Shown here: positions 32,769-43,701 of the stretch, in pieces | How positions within the stretch are numbered: the stretch's first letter is position 1 | Layout of the letters: each line of letters starts with the position of its first letter | Assembly (NCBI GenBank): GCA_963714625.1 | Contig: CAVQOY010000014.1 | Coordinates: forward strand, 92,411 to 156,410 | Length of the DNA stretch: 64,000 nucleotides | Direction of reading: 5' to 3' | DNA from: an uncultured Actinomycetota bacterium | GTDB lineage: Bacteria > Actinomycetota > Actinomycetes > Propionibacteriales > Nocardioidaceae | Notes under the pieces: generated by a model | Told to the model about the DNA's origin: nothing | What the model saw: the letters and a program-made list of their open reading frames with translations, nothing else | Databases searched by the model: none | Program-made: the position numbers and the translations under genes

Positions 32769-33881
32769 GTGCCGGGGCGTTCCGCCGGCGCCCGCCCTGG
32801 AGGCGGTCCCGACGCCGGGACCGCTCTGCCGCCTGGGGTCGTCGACGTCGCGGCTGCCGCGGACCCGGTGGAGGCTGTGCTCGCAGCTCACCGCGACGCT
32901 CAGCGCATCTCGTTGCTCACCTCGGGGTCGGCCGGCCGTCCGCGTCGGGTGCTGCGCACGACGGCGTCGTGGTTCACCTCGTTCGGCCTCGTGGCCGACC
33001 TGACACGGCTGGACGCCTCGAGCCGGATGTGGCTGCCAGGTCCGTTCTCCTCCACGCTGCCCCTCTTCGCGGCCGTGCTGGCGCGCCACGTCGGGGCCGA
33101 GAGTGTCGAGCGGCCCGATGACGCCACCCACACCCACCTGACGCCGGGCCAGCTCGAACGGGTGCTCGACGAGCCCTGGAGGGGAGCCCGCGACGTCCTC
33201 GTCGGCCTGCACGTGACCGTGGCCGGTGAGGCCCTCGCCCCGCGCCTGCACGACCGGACGCTGGCCGCGGGCGCGACGGTGTCGCACTACTACGGTGCTG
33301 CAGAGCTGTCCTTCGTCGCCTGGGGTGCGAGGGCCGGCGTCCTCCGACCGTTCCCCGACGTGGAGATCGATGTCCGCCACGGCGAGATCTGGGTTCGCTC
33401 GCCGTACCTCTGCGAGGGCTACGCGCCGGGCGACGACCGTGGCGCGCTGGTGACCGACATCGACGGCTTCGCGACCGTGGGGGACCGGGGGCGGTGGGAG
33501 GCGCTGCCCGGCGAGCCAGGACAGTGGCGCCTGGTCGTCACCGGACGAGGTGACGACGCGGTGACCACCGGCGGCGCGACCGTGCTGGTGGCCGACGTCG
33601 AGGGCGCGTTGCGCCCCGTCGTCGCCGGTGGCCTGGCTGTCCTGGGCGTTCCGCACGACACGCTCGGGCACGTGGTCGCGGCGGTCCTCACCGACCCGGC
33701 GGACCTGCCCGCGGCCCGCGCGGCGGCCCAGGCGCTGGGCTCCGCGCAGCGTCCGCGGCTCTGGTTCCACCGGGCCCAGCTGCCGGTCTCCGCCGCCGGC
33801 AAGACCGATCGTGCGGCGATGCGGCGCGAGGCAGGCGCCGGCAGCGCGGAGCTGCGGCGGCTCGTGCCGGGGCGGGCGTGA
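32769..33881 (+). CDS. Short ANL-superfamily adenylate-forming enzyme (acyl-CoA synthetase-like, MenE-sized)
   Basis: LLTSGSAGRPRRV (degenerate P-loop, K->R), YYGAAE, TVGDRG, GRGDDAVTTGG and the C-terminal AAGKTDR. Only 370 aa. Confidence 0.75.
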   Translation: MPGRSAGARPGGGPDAGTALPPGVVDVAAAADPVEAVLAAHRDAQRISLLTSGSAGRPRRVLRTTASWFTSFGLVADLTRLDASSRMWLPGPFSSTLPLFAAVLARHVGAESVERPDDATHTHLTPGQLERVLDEPWRGARDVLVGLHVTVAGEALAPRLHDRTLAAGATVSHYYGAAELSFVAWGARAGVLRPFPDVEIDVRHGEIWVRSPYLCEGYAPGDDRGALVTDIDGFATVGDRGRWEALPGEPGQWRLVVTGRGDDAVTTGGATVLVADVEGALRPVVAGGLAVLGVPHDTLGHVVAAVLTDPADLPAARAAAQALGSAQRPRLWFHRAQLPVSAAGKTDRAAMRREAGAGSAELRRLVPGRA

Positions 33882-35080
33882 TGGCCGGACGCGAGCGTGA
33901 AGCGGTCTGCGTCGTGGACGCCCTGCGGACGCCACTGGGCACGGCGGGCCGCGGGCTGGCCGATGTCGCCGCCCCGGAGCTCGCCGCCGCGGTCATCTCG
34001 GCGCTGGTCTCGCGCTGGGATGCTGCTCGCGCTGCTGCTGAGGGGCACCCTGACGTCTCCGAGGTGGTGCTCGGCAACTGCATGGGCCCGGGCGGCGACG
34101 TGGCCCGGGTCGCGACGCTCCGAGCCGGTCTCGCCCCGGCCACGCCGGGATGGGGACGTGAGGTGCCCGCGCTGACCGTCGACCGTCAGTGCGCCAGCGG
34201 ACTGGCCGCGGTCGTGCAGGGCGCGGCTGCTCTGGGGGCGGGGCCTGAGGCGGGTGTCCTGCTCGCCGGAGGCGTGGAGTCGGCCTCGACGGCGCCGTGG
34301 CGGTTCTGGCCACCGGACGACTCACGGGGGCTCGACGCGGTGAGGTACGAGCGAGCGCCCTTCGCGCCGGCCGAGATCGGCGACCCCGGCATGGGGCTGG
34401 CGAACGACGCGCTGGCCGCGGCGGCCGGGGTGAGTCGGGCCGCGCAGGACGCCTACGCAGCTCGCTCGCACGCCCGAGCGGTCGCGGCGGCGGCGGCCGG
34501 GGGCTTCGACGCCGAGCTGGTGCCGGTGGGCGGGTTGGTGCGTGACGAGCGGCCCCGCGACGGGTTGACCGTCGAGCGGTTGGGGCGGCTGCGGCCGGCC
34601 TTCCGTGACGGCGGCACGGTCACCGCGGGGAACAGCTGCGGGGTCAACGACGGTGCGGCGGTGGTCACGCTGACGACGGACGCCGTACGCCGTTCGCTGG
34701 GGCTGCCCGGTTTGCGGATCCGGTCCGTGGCGACCGTGGCCTTCGACCCCAACCGCCCGGGTCACGGGCTGGTGCCGGCGAGCCGTCTGGCGCTGGAGCG
34801 GGCCGGGCTCGGGCTCGCGGACCTCGACGTCGTGGAGCTGAACGAGGCGTTCGCGGGGCAGGTCCTGGCCTGCTGCCAGGAGCTCGGTCTCGACCCGGAG
34901 CGGGTCTGTCCCGAGGGCGGCGCGCTGGCGCTGGGTCATCCGTGGGGGGCGTCGGGGGCGGTTCTCGTCGTGCGACTGTTCAGCCAGCTGGTGCGCAGCG
35001 GCCGCGGCGGTGTGGGGCTCGCCGCCGTCGCGGCCGGGGGCGGCCAGGGAGTCGCGGTCGTGGTGGAGGCGGTCCGATGA
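33878..35080 (+). CDS. Thiolase-fold protein (acetyl-CoA acyltransferase family), second catalytic Cys replaced
   Basis: VDRQCASGLAAV, NEAFA and GHPWGASG are present. The CxGGGxG block reads AAGGGQG. GTG 33878 / ATG 33881 overlaps the upstream stop. Confidence 0.88.
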   Translation: MMAGREREAVCVVDALRTPLGTAGRGLADVAAPELAAAVISALVSRWDAARAAAEGHPDVSEVVLGNCMGPGGDVARVATLRAGLAPATPGWGREVPALTVDRQCASGLAAVVQGAAALGAGPEAGVLLAGGVESASTAPWRFWPPDDSRGLDAVRYERAPFAPAEIGDPGMGLANDALAAAAGVSRAAQDAYAARSHARAVAAAAAGGFDAELVPVGGLVRDERPRDGLTVERLGRLRPAFRDGGTVTAGNSCGVNDGAAVVTLTTDAVRRSLGLPGLRIRSVATVAFDPNRPGHGLVPASRLALERAGLGLADLDVVELNEAFAGQVLACCQELGLDPERVCPEGGALALGHPWGASGAVLVVRLFSQLVRSGRGGVGLAAVAAGGGQGVAVVVEAVR

Positions 35081-35793
35081 GTGCCGAGACCCTCATCGAG
35101 GTCGCCGGGGTGACCCATGCCTACCCGGTGGTCGGGTCGCGCGCGGGACGCACGGTGCTGCGCGACGTCGACGTGACGATCCCGGAGCGCCGGGTCGGTG
35201 TGGTGGGTGCCAACGGGTCGGGCAAGTCGACCTTCGCGCGCCTCCTGAACGGGCTGGTGCTGCCCGACGAGGGAAGGGTGCGGGTGCACGGTCTCGACAC
35301 CCGGGAGGACAGCCGCGGCGTACGACGTCGGGTCGGCTTCTGCTTCACGAACCCCGATGCGCAGATCGTGATGCCCACCGTTCGGGAGGACGTCGGGTTC
35401 GGGCTGCGACGTCGGGGCCTGTCGAAGGGGGAGATCCGGGCTCGGGTCGACGAGATGCTCGAACGTTACGGCCTCGCCGACCACGGCGACCATCCTGCTC
35501 ACCTCTTGTCGGGTGGACAAAAACAAATGCTGGCGCTGGCATCGGTGTTGATCACCGAGCCCGACGTCCTCGTGCTCGACGAGCCCACGACCTTGCTCGA
35601 CCTCCGCAACGCGCGCCGCGTGGCCCACACCGTGGCGACGCTGCCGCAACAGGTCCTGCTGGTGACCCACCACCTGGACCTCCTCGAGGACTACGAGCGG
35701 GTGCTGGTCTTCGACGAGGGCCGGTTGGTCCACGACGCGCCGCCGGCTGAGGCCGTGGCGTTCTACCGGGACCTGATGGCGGCGCGGCCGTGA
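35077..35793 (+). CDS. bioM: ECF transporter ATPase component (BioM/EcfA-like)
   Basis: Walker A GANGSGKST, signature LSGGQKQ, Walker B VLVLDEP. ATGA overlap with the thiolase stop. Confidence 0.88.
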   Translation: MSAETLIEVAGVTHAYPVVGSRAGRTVLRDVDVTIPERRVGVVGANGSGKSTFARLLNGLVLPDEGRVRVHGLDTREDSRGVRRRVGFCFTNPDAQIVMPTVREDVGFGLRRRGLSKGEIRARVDEMLERYGLADHGDHPAHLLSGGQKQMLALASVLITEPDVLVLDEPTTLLDLRNARRVAHTVATLPQQVLLVTHHLDLLEDYERVLVFDEGRLVHDAPPAEAVAFYRDLMAARP

Positions 35794-36392
35794 GTCAGCT
35801 CGGACTGTTCGTCCCGGGGACCTCGGTGGTGCACCGACTTCCGGCCCGCCTGAAGCTCGGCTTCCTCGTGGCGGTCGGCATCGGCTCGGTCTGGCTCGAC
35901 ACGCTCCCACGTGTGGCGGTCCTCTGGGCGGTCGTGGTCGCGGCGTACGCGGTCGCACGGATCCCGCTGCGGACGGTGCTGGCGCAGCTGAAGCCGCTTG
36001 CCCTGGTGCTCGGCGCCGTGGTGGTGTTCCAGGTGCTGGTCGCGGGCTGGGAGCGCGCGTTCGTGGTCGTGGGCCTGATCGCGGCGCTGGTGCTGCTGGC
36101 GGGCCTCGTCACGCTGACCACCCGCACCCAGGACCTGCTCGACGTCGTCGTCGGCGCCCTGCGGCCGCTGCGTCGTGTGGGGGTCGATCCCGAGCGGATC
36201 GGCCTGCTGCTGGCGCTGGCCATCCGGTCGGTCCCGGTCGTGCTCGGCCTGGCCGAGGAGGTGCGCGACGCGCAACGCGCTCGGGGGGTGCGTCCGAGTG
36301 CCCGGGCCTACGCGGCCCCGATGATCATCCGCGCCGTGCGTCACGCCGACGACCTCGGCGAAGCGCTCATCGCGCGCGGCGTCGACGACTGA
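35790..36392 (+). CDS. bioN: ECF transporter transmembrane T component (BioN/EcfT-like)
   Basis: 5-TM pattern and the conserved A-R-G motif region (DAQRARGV). GTGA overlap with the ATPase stop. Confidence 0.8.
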   Translation: MSQLGLFVPGTSVVHRLPARLKLGFLVAVGIGSVWLDTLPRVAVLWAVVVAAYAVARIPLRTVLAQLKPLALVLGAVVVFQVLVAGWERAFVVVGLIAALVLLAGLVTLTTRTQDLLDVVVGALRPLRRVGVDPERIGLLLALAIRSVPVVLGLAEEVRDAQRARGVRPSARAYAAPMIIRAVRHADDLGEALIARGVDD

Positions 36393-36561
36393 GGTCCCCG
36401 GCACGACCCCACCGCCCCTGGCCGCGCACGAAACGGGTGGCGGACGACGGACCGCCTCACCCAGGGCCGGCGAACGGCACGTGTGGGGCCCGGAGCCAGT
36501 CGTCCGTCGACCCTTTCGTCGACCCTCGTGTCGTTCCCCGCCCGTTGCGGTGCGGACACCC

Positions 36562-37296
36562 TCAGTCGGTGGCGAAGAGCTCGACGAAGCGCCGGACCAG
36601 GCGCGGGGGGTGGACGACGCTGCTGGCCGCAGCGGCGGCCTTGAGGTCGTCGGCGGTGTGGGGATCGAAGTAACCCGCGTGCTTGTAGGTGTCGATGCGG
36701 ATCTGGATGCCCGGCACGTCCAGCTCGGGGTGGAACTGCGTGGCGTAGACACGACCACCCACCCGGAACGCCTGCACCGGGCAGGCCTGCGACCCCGCCA
36801 GCCGCACCGCCCTCTCAGGCAGCACCGTGATCGCCTCCTTGTGGCCGACGAACGCCTCGAAGAGCTCGGGCAGGACCCCGAGCAGGGGGTCCTCGCGACC
36901 CTCGTCCGAGAGCCAGACCTGCGTCGGCCCGACCGGCTCGGGGTAGGTGTCGTCGACGACCCCGGACAGGTGCTGGCCCAGCACCCCGACGCCGTAACAG
37001 GCACCGAGGAAGGGAAAGTCCCGCTCGAGCACGTCGGTGAGCAGCAGCGCGATCTCGGCCTCGGCCCGGAGCTGGGCCGCCGACTTGTCGGCGGCCGGGA
37101 TCGAGGTCGTGTAGGGGCTGCCGCCCAGGATGATCCCTGACCACGCGTCCAGGTCGACCGGGCCCAGCGGGCCCTGTTCGAGCCGGTGTCGGACCAGGCT
37201 GGAGGCGGGCAACCCGGAGAACCGCAGGAACGCGGCGTACTCCTCGTCGGCGGCGGCGTCCTCGGCTCGGGTCGCGACGAGCAGGAAGGGCTTCAC
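36562..37296 (-). CDS. Type 1 glutamine amidotransferase (GMP synthase-like GATase domain protein)
   Basis: GACYGVG (Cys) and QFHPE (His). GTG 37296 (VKPFLLVATR) chosen within ORF 36562..37479. No clear SD, so the start is uncertain. Confidence 0.8.
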   Translation of the reverse strand: MKPFLLVATRAEDAAADEEYAAFLRFSGLPASSLVRHRLEQGPLGPVDLDAWSGIILGGSPYTTSIPAADKSAAQLRAEAEIALLLTDVLERDFPFLGACYGVGVLGQHLSGVVDDTYPEPVGPTQVWLSDEGREDPLLGVLPELFEAFVGHKEAITVLPERAVRLAGSQACPVQAFRVGGRVYATQFHPELDVPGIQIRIDTYKHAGYFDPHTADDLKAAAAASSVVHPPRLVRRFVELFATD

Positions 37297-37339
37297 GCAG
37301 AGAGGATAGGCGGCCGGTCCGGTCTCCGACCGACCGCGG

Positions 37340-37870
37340 TCAGTCGGTCCCGCGCACCACGGCGGAGTCCCCGTTGCGTCGGCCGATGGGCAGCACGCCG
37401 CGGGGCCCCGCCTGACGGGGGATCGACACGACGCGCGCGATCTCCGGCTCCGGCTCGGCGACCACCGGGCGGAGTCCACGCGGAGCCGGCGACATCACAA
37501 AGCGTTCGGAGGTCTCGGTCAGCGTGCGGTTCGCGGTGACCTGACCGGAACGGGACACGCTCACGTAGGTGAGCCGGTCACAGCGCAGCGAGATCTCGCC
37601 ACCGGGCCACAGGACCTCCTCGAAGGTGGCGGCCGTCGTGAAGGCGTCGCCGGCGTAGACGCCGTAGCTCATCGCCTCGTCCTCGTGCACGCTGAGGAAA
37701 CGGCCGTCCAGCGTCTGGAGCGCGATGCGGTCGTGCGACAGCGCCAACCGCCGGAAGACACCGGCGGAGGTCACCGGACCGGTGACCGGCTGCAGCCTCG
37801 ACTCACCCGTCGCCGGGTCGGGGACGAGCCCGAGGTGGTCGCCGGCGTGCCTGAGCACGACGTAGCCCAT
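37340..37870 (-). CDS. Hypothetical protein (possible fascin-like beta-trefoil N-domain plus Pro/Arg-rich tail)
   Basis: Strong RBS GAGGAGGAG before ATG 37870. Internally repetitive beta-rich pattern (..DRIALQTLDGRFLSV.. / ..EISLRCDRLTYVSV..). No family recognised with certainty. Confidence 0.5.
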   Translation of the reverse strand: MGYVVLRHAGDHLGLVPDPATGESRLQPVTGPVTSAGVFRRLALSHDRIALQTLDGRFLSVHEDEAMSYGVYAGDAFTTAATFEEVLWPGGEISLRCDRLTYVSVSRSGQVTANRTLTETSERFVMSPAPRGLRPVVAEPEPEIARVVSIPRQAGPRGVLPIGRRNGDSAVVRGTD

Positions 37871-38122
37871 CGTCTCCTCCTCGGTCCGTGGTCGCCCCGA
37901 CATCGGAGTACGGCGACCCGAGTCACGCTACGGACCGCACCGGAGCCGTCACCACGGTCCAAGGGCATCCCCAGGGGGACGTTCAGACCGGTGTGGATCT
38001 CCCCGGATGGGGAAACGGCACCGTCGAGGCGGGGCCCACCATGCCACACCCACCACGAGCCGGCCCACCTCACCGAGCCGTGTCGAAGCACCACGGGAGG
38101 CCCCGGCTCGGGCCCGGCGATG

Positions 38123-39604
38123 TCAGCGCCCCTGCTCGACCGGTTGTGCTCCCGGGGCGTCCTGGATCCGCGTGAACGGCTGGGCCGCCTCGAGCTCGAA
38201 GGCCAGCTCCAGCAGGGTCCGCTCGTCACCGAGGTCGGTGGCGAGCTGCACGCCCACGGGCAGACCGGCCGACGACTGCGCCAGCGGCAACGAGATCGCC
38301 GGCCCTCCGGAGGCGTTCTGCAACGGTGTGAAGGCGACGTAGGTCCTGAGCCGCTCGAAGAGCTCATCGAACCCGAGGGCGGGGGAGAGGAACCCGATCT
38401 CCGGCGTGGTGTGGCTGAGCACGGGCGACACCTGGACGTCGACGTCGGCGAAGCCCGAGCGGTAGACCGCGGTGCTGCGCCGCAGCCGGCGGATCATGCC
38501 GGGCGCGCCCAGCACCTGCCGCCGGAAGGTCCGCGCCAGGCCCTGGGTGAGCTGGTCGGTGCGCGACACGTCGAAGTCCCGGCCGAACGTGAGCCGCCCG
38601 GTCCGGGAGATGAGGGCGCCCAGCAGCGCCCAGTAGGCCGCGAAGTCCTCGGGGAACCGCTCCGGGACCGGCGGCGAGATCTCCTCGACCTGGTGGCCCA
38701 GGCCCGCCAGCAGGTCGGCCACGTGGAGCACCGCCTTGCGGGTCTCCTCGTCGGTGACCGCGCCGCCGGGCGAGTCGAGGGTGACCCCGACCCGCAGCCG
38801 GGCCCGTCCCGGACCCTCGACCAGCCGCACCGGCGGCAGCCCGGGCGCACGCCGGTGCAGCTCGGCGGCGGCCAGGAAAGCGGCGGAGTCACGCACCGAG
38901 CGGGTGAGGACGCCCTGGGTGACGATGTGCACCGGCATCTTGGTGTCGGTGCGGTCGGGAACCACCCGCCCCCGGGTGGGCTTCAGCCCGACGAGCCCGC
39001 ACGCCGCCGCCGGGATGCGGATCGATCCGCCGCCGTCGTTCGCGTGCGCCACCGGCACCACACCCGAGGCCACCAGGGCCGCCGCGCCGCCGGACGACGC
39101 GCCCGAGGAGTAGCGGAGGTTCCACGGGTTGCGGACCGGCGCTGCGCCGGCGTACTCGGTGGAGGCGCTGAAGCCGAACTCGGGCAAGCGGGACTTGCCG
39201 ATCACGGTCACACCGAGGGAGCGCAGCTGGGTCACGAACGGGCTGTCGGACCGCGCCGGCCGGGCGCGGAACGCCTCGGTCCCCAGGTTGGTGGGCAGGC
39301 CCTTCACGTCCACGTTGTCCTTGACGAACGTCGGCACGCCGGCGAACGCCCCCTGCGCGGCGCCTGCCGAGGTCGACCCGCCACCGTCGTAGTCGGGGTG
39401 GGCGACCGCGTTGAGCAGCGGCTGCATCGCCTCGGCGCGGTGGATGGCGGCCGCGGCCGCCTCGACGGCGGAGACCTCACGCGCGCGGACGCGGGCCGCC
39501 AGCCCGGTCGCGTCCAGGTCGCCCAGCGCGTCGTCGGTGAAGGCGTGAACCGGGTGGTCCGGGGTCCGCTCGGGGCTCGCAACAGGTCGCGGGTCGGGGC
39601 TCAT
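38123..39604 (-). CDS. Amidase (amidase-signature family)
   Basis: AS signature [14 protein letters not shown] and GGSIRIPAA, with the catalytic Lys region FVKDN. Confidence 0.9.
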   Translation of the reverse strand: MSPDPRPVASPERTPDHPVHAFTDDALGDLDATGLAARVRAREVSAVEAAAAAIHRAEAMQPLLNAVAHPDYDGGGSTSAGAAQGAFAGVPTFVKDNVDVKGLPTNLGTEAFRARPARSDSPFVTQLRSLGVTVIGKSRLPEFGFSASTEYAGAAPVRNPWNLRYSSGASSGGAAALVASGVVPVAHANDGGGSIRIPAAACGLVGLKPTRGRVVPDRTDTKMPVHIVTQGVLTRSVRDSAAFLAAAELHRRAPGLPPVRLVEGPGRARLRVGVTLDSPGGAVTDEETRKAVLHVADLLAGLGHQVEEISPPVPERFPEDFAAYWALLGALISRTGRLTFGRDFDVSRTDQLTQGLARTFRRQVLGAPGMIRRLRRSTAVYRSGFADVDVQVSPVLSHTTPEIGFLSPALGFDELFERLRTYVAFTPLQNASGGPAISLPLAQSSAGLPVGVQLATDLGDERTLLELAFELEAAQPFTRIQDAPGAQPVEQGR

Positions 39605-39623
39605 GGCAGCCCATGATGCCCTC

Positions 39624-40430
39624 TCAGGCGTGCTCCAGCAGCCAGAGTCGGTGGACTCCTGCCAGTCCCTTCAGCTCGACCTCACCCGCCGGCTCGAGGG
39701 CACGGCCCTGCTCCGCGAGCACGTCGCGGACCGCGTCGGTCACGAGCGTCTCCCCGCCGCCCGCCTGAGCGGCCACCCGGGCCGCCATCGCCACGTTGCG
39801 GCCGTAGAAGTCACCGCTGCGCGCCACCACGGTGCCGGAGTGGATGCCGATCCGCACCGCGAGCGCCGTGCGCCGCAGCCGCCGTCCCGCGGTGGGCACC
39901 TTGCGGTGGATGCGCTCGGCCGCCCGGGCTGCGGAGGCCGGGTCGCGGAAGACGACCATGAAGCCGTCGCCCTGGGACTTCACGACGTAGCCGTCGGCGC
40001 TGGACACCGCGTCGCGCACGACCGTGTCGTGACGCCGCAGCACCTTGACCCACTCCCGGTCACCGAGCTCCTCGTTGAGTGCGGTCGAGCCCTCGATGTC
40101 GGAGAACATCACCGTGAGGTCGCCGTCGGGTCCGGCGATCCGCCGGATCTGCTCCCGCTCCTCGGTGAACCAGCGCTGCAGCTCTTCGATGGGCGTGCGC
40201 AGCAGGCCCGAGACCAACCCCCGCTCGCGCACCCGCGTGGCCGTGTCGACGACCGTCCGCACGGCCCACTGGGCGGCGTTCTGCGGCCGGTCCGGGTCGG
40301 GGGTCAGCCGCGCCTCCAGCTCCTCGATCCGCTGCCCGCGCCGGATCAGCGCCGCCGTGACGCTCAGCAGCGCCACGAGAGAGAGGGTCAGCATCACCAG
40401 GAGAACGACGAACGTGAGGTTCCGCGACAC
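39624..40430 (-). CDS. Membrane-anchored class III adenylate/guanylate cyclase
   Basis: One N-terminal TM (LTFVVLLVMLTLSLVALLSV) and a coiled linker. Cyclase blocks MFSDIEGST, GDGFMVVF and RIGIHSG. GTG 40430. Confidence 0.85.
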   Translation of the reverse strand: MSRNLTFVVLLVMLTLSLVALLSVTAALIRRGQRIEELEARLTPDPDRPQNAAQWAVRTVVDTATRVRERGLVSGLLRTPIEELQRWFTEEREQIRRIAGPDGDLTVMFSDIEGSTALNEELGDREWVKVLRRHDTVVRDAVSSADGYVVKSQGDGFMVVFRDPASAARAAERIHRKVPTAGRRLRRTALAVRIGIHSGTVVARSGDFYGRNVAMAARVAAQAGGGETLVTDAVRDVLAEQGRALEPAGEVELKGLAGVHRLWLLEHA

Positions 40431-40447
40431 GGGGCAAGCCTGCCAGA

Positions 40448-42510
40448 GTGTCCCGCGTGATCTCCTCCGCCCTCGGCGCGCGTCCCGGTCCCGACGGTCC
40501 CCGCCGCGGACTCGGGTACGGCTGTGACTACAACCCCGAGCAGTGGCCGGCCGACGTCTGGCCCGAGGACGCACGGCTGATGCGCGAGGCCGGCGTCACC
40601 TTTGCCACCGTCGGGGTCTTCTCCTGGGCGCGTCTCGAGCCCGAACCAGGACGTCACGACTTCGGCTGGCTCGACGAGGTGCTCGATCTCCTCGAGGCCC
40701 ACGACGTCGCCGTCGACCTGGCCACCGCCACCGCCTCGCCGCCGCCGTGGCTCTCGCACCGCTACCCCGAGGTGCTGCCGGTCGACGTCGACGGCCGTCG
40801 CCTGCACCCCGGCAGCCGGCAGACGTGGTGCCCCAGCTCGCCGGTCTTCCGCGAGCGGTCGCTGGACCTGGTCGGCCGGCTGGCCGAGCGCTACCGCGGC
40901 CACCCGGCGCTGCGGATGTGGCACGTCTCCAACGAGCTCGGTGGCCACAACGCCCACTGCTACTGCGACGTCAGCGCCGCGGCGTTCCGGCGCTGGCTCG
41001 AGGAGAGGTACGGCGACCTGGCCGGCGTCAACCGGGCCTGGGGCACCGACTTCTGGTCCCAGCGCTACTCGGACTTCGCCGAGATCGGGACGCCGCGGAC
41101 CTCGACGGCCCAGTGCAACCCGACTCAGCTCATCGACTTCCGCCGCTTCAGCTCCGAGGAGCTGCTCGAGCAGCACCGCGCCGAACGCGACCTCCTGCAC
41201 CGGCTGAGCCCGGGCGTCCCGGTCACCACCAACGTCATGGTCACCCACCACATCGACGCCCTCGACTACTGGCGCTGGGCGCCCGAGCTCGACCTCGTCA
41301 GCCAGGACCACTACCTCGACGGCCGGCTCGAGGACCCGCACGTCGAGCTGTCCTTCTGCGCGGACTGGACCCGGGGGCTGGCCGGCGGCGACCCCTGGCT
41401 GCTGATGGAGCACTCCACCAGCGCGGTCAATTGGCAGCCGCACAATTATGCGAAGACTGCGGGCCAGATGGCGCGCAACAGCCTGCAGCACGTCGCCCGG
41501 GGCGCTGACGCCGTGGGGTTCTTCCAGTGGCGCGCGTCGAGGGCCGGAGCGGAGAAGTACCACTCCGCCCTGCTGCCGCACGCCGGAACGGACACGCGGG
41601 TCTGGCGCGAGGTCGTCGAGCTGGGCGCGATCCTGGGCCGGCTGGCCGAGCTCGCCGGCACCCGGGTGCGGGCGAAGGTCGCGCTGCTGCTCGACTTCGA
41701 GTCGCGCTGGGCGGTCGAGCGCGACTCCCTGCCCAGCAGCGACGTCACCTACCTCGACCGGCCCCACGCCTTCTACCGCGCCCTGTGGGACGCCGGGGTC
41801 ACCGTCGACGTGCGGCACCCTGACGACGACCTGTCCGACTACGCCCTCGCGATCGCCCCGACCCTCCACATCGTCGGGGCCGAACGGGCAGCCCACCTCA
41901 CGGCTTACGTCGAGGCGGGCGGGCACCTGCTGACGACGTACTTCTCCGGCATCGTCGACGAGGACGACCACGTCCACCTCGGGGGCTACCCGGGCGCGCT
42001 GCGCGACCTGCTCGGCGTGCGCGTCGAGGAGTTCTGCCCGCTGCCGCCCGGCGCGACGGTCGGTGTGAGCATCACCAGCTCCGTCTCCAGCGTGCTGTCC
42101 ACCGCGGTGAGCGGCGGCGGCGACACCTGGGTCGAGGACCTCCACCTGCGCGACGCCGAGGCCTGGGCGACCGCCACCGACGGCCCCCTGCCCGGACGAC
42201 CCGTCGTGACGCGCGTCGAGCGCGGCGCCGGTCGCGCCTGGTACGTCGCCACGCGCACGGACCCCGGCCTCACCGCCGCCGTGGTGGCCGTCGCGCTCGC
42301 CGAGGCGGGAGTCGTCCCCGAGGGTGGTGGTCACGGGGTGGAGGTGGTGCGCCGCCACGGTGCGGAACGCCGCTACGCCCTCGTGCTCAACCACACCGAC
42401 CGCAAAGCCAGCCTCGACCTCACGGGCACCGACCTGGTGACCGGGCAGCCGGTCACGGGCCGCCTCACGGTCGAGCCCGGCGGGGTCGCTTGTGTCCGGG
42501 AGGAGACCCG

Positions 42511-42514
<4 letters not shown>
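40448..42514 (+). CDS. GH42 beta-galactosidase
   Basis: GCDYNPEQW, WHVSNELG (acid/base Glu) and the GH42 trimerisation/C-terminal domains. GTG 40448 (or GTG 40457). Confidence 0.9.
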
Positions 42515-43698
<1,184 letters not shown>

Positions 43699-43701
43699 GC
43701 C

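Noticed and set aside
35509-35525. An A-rich run (ggacaaaaacaaatg) inside bioM, read as a possible programmed frameshift or slippery site.
   Set aside because: The frame continues unbroken through the ABC signature LSGGQKQM and Walker B. No alternative-frame product makes sense. It is just locally unusual codon choice.
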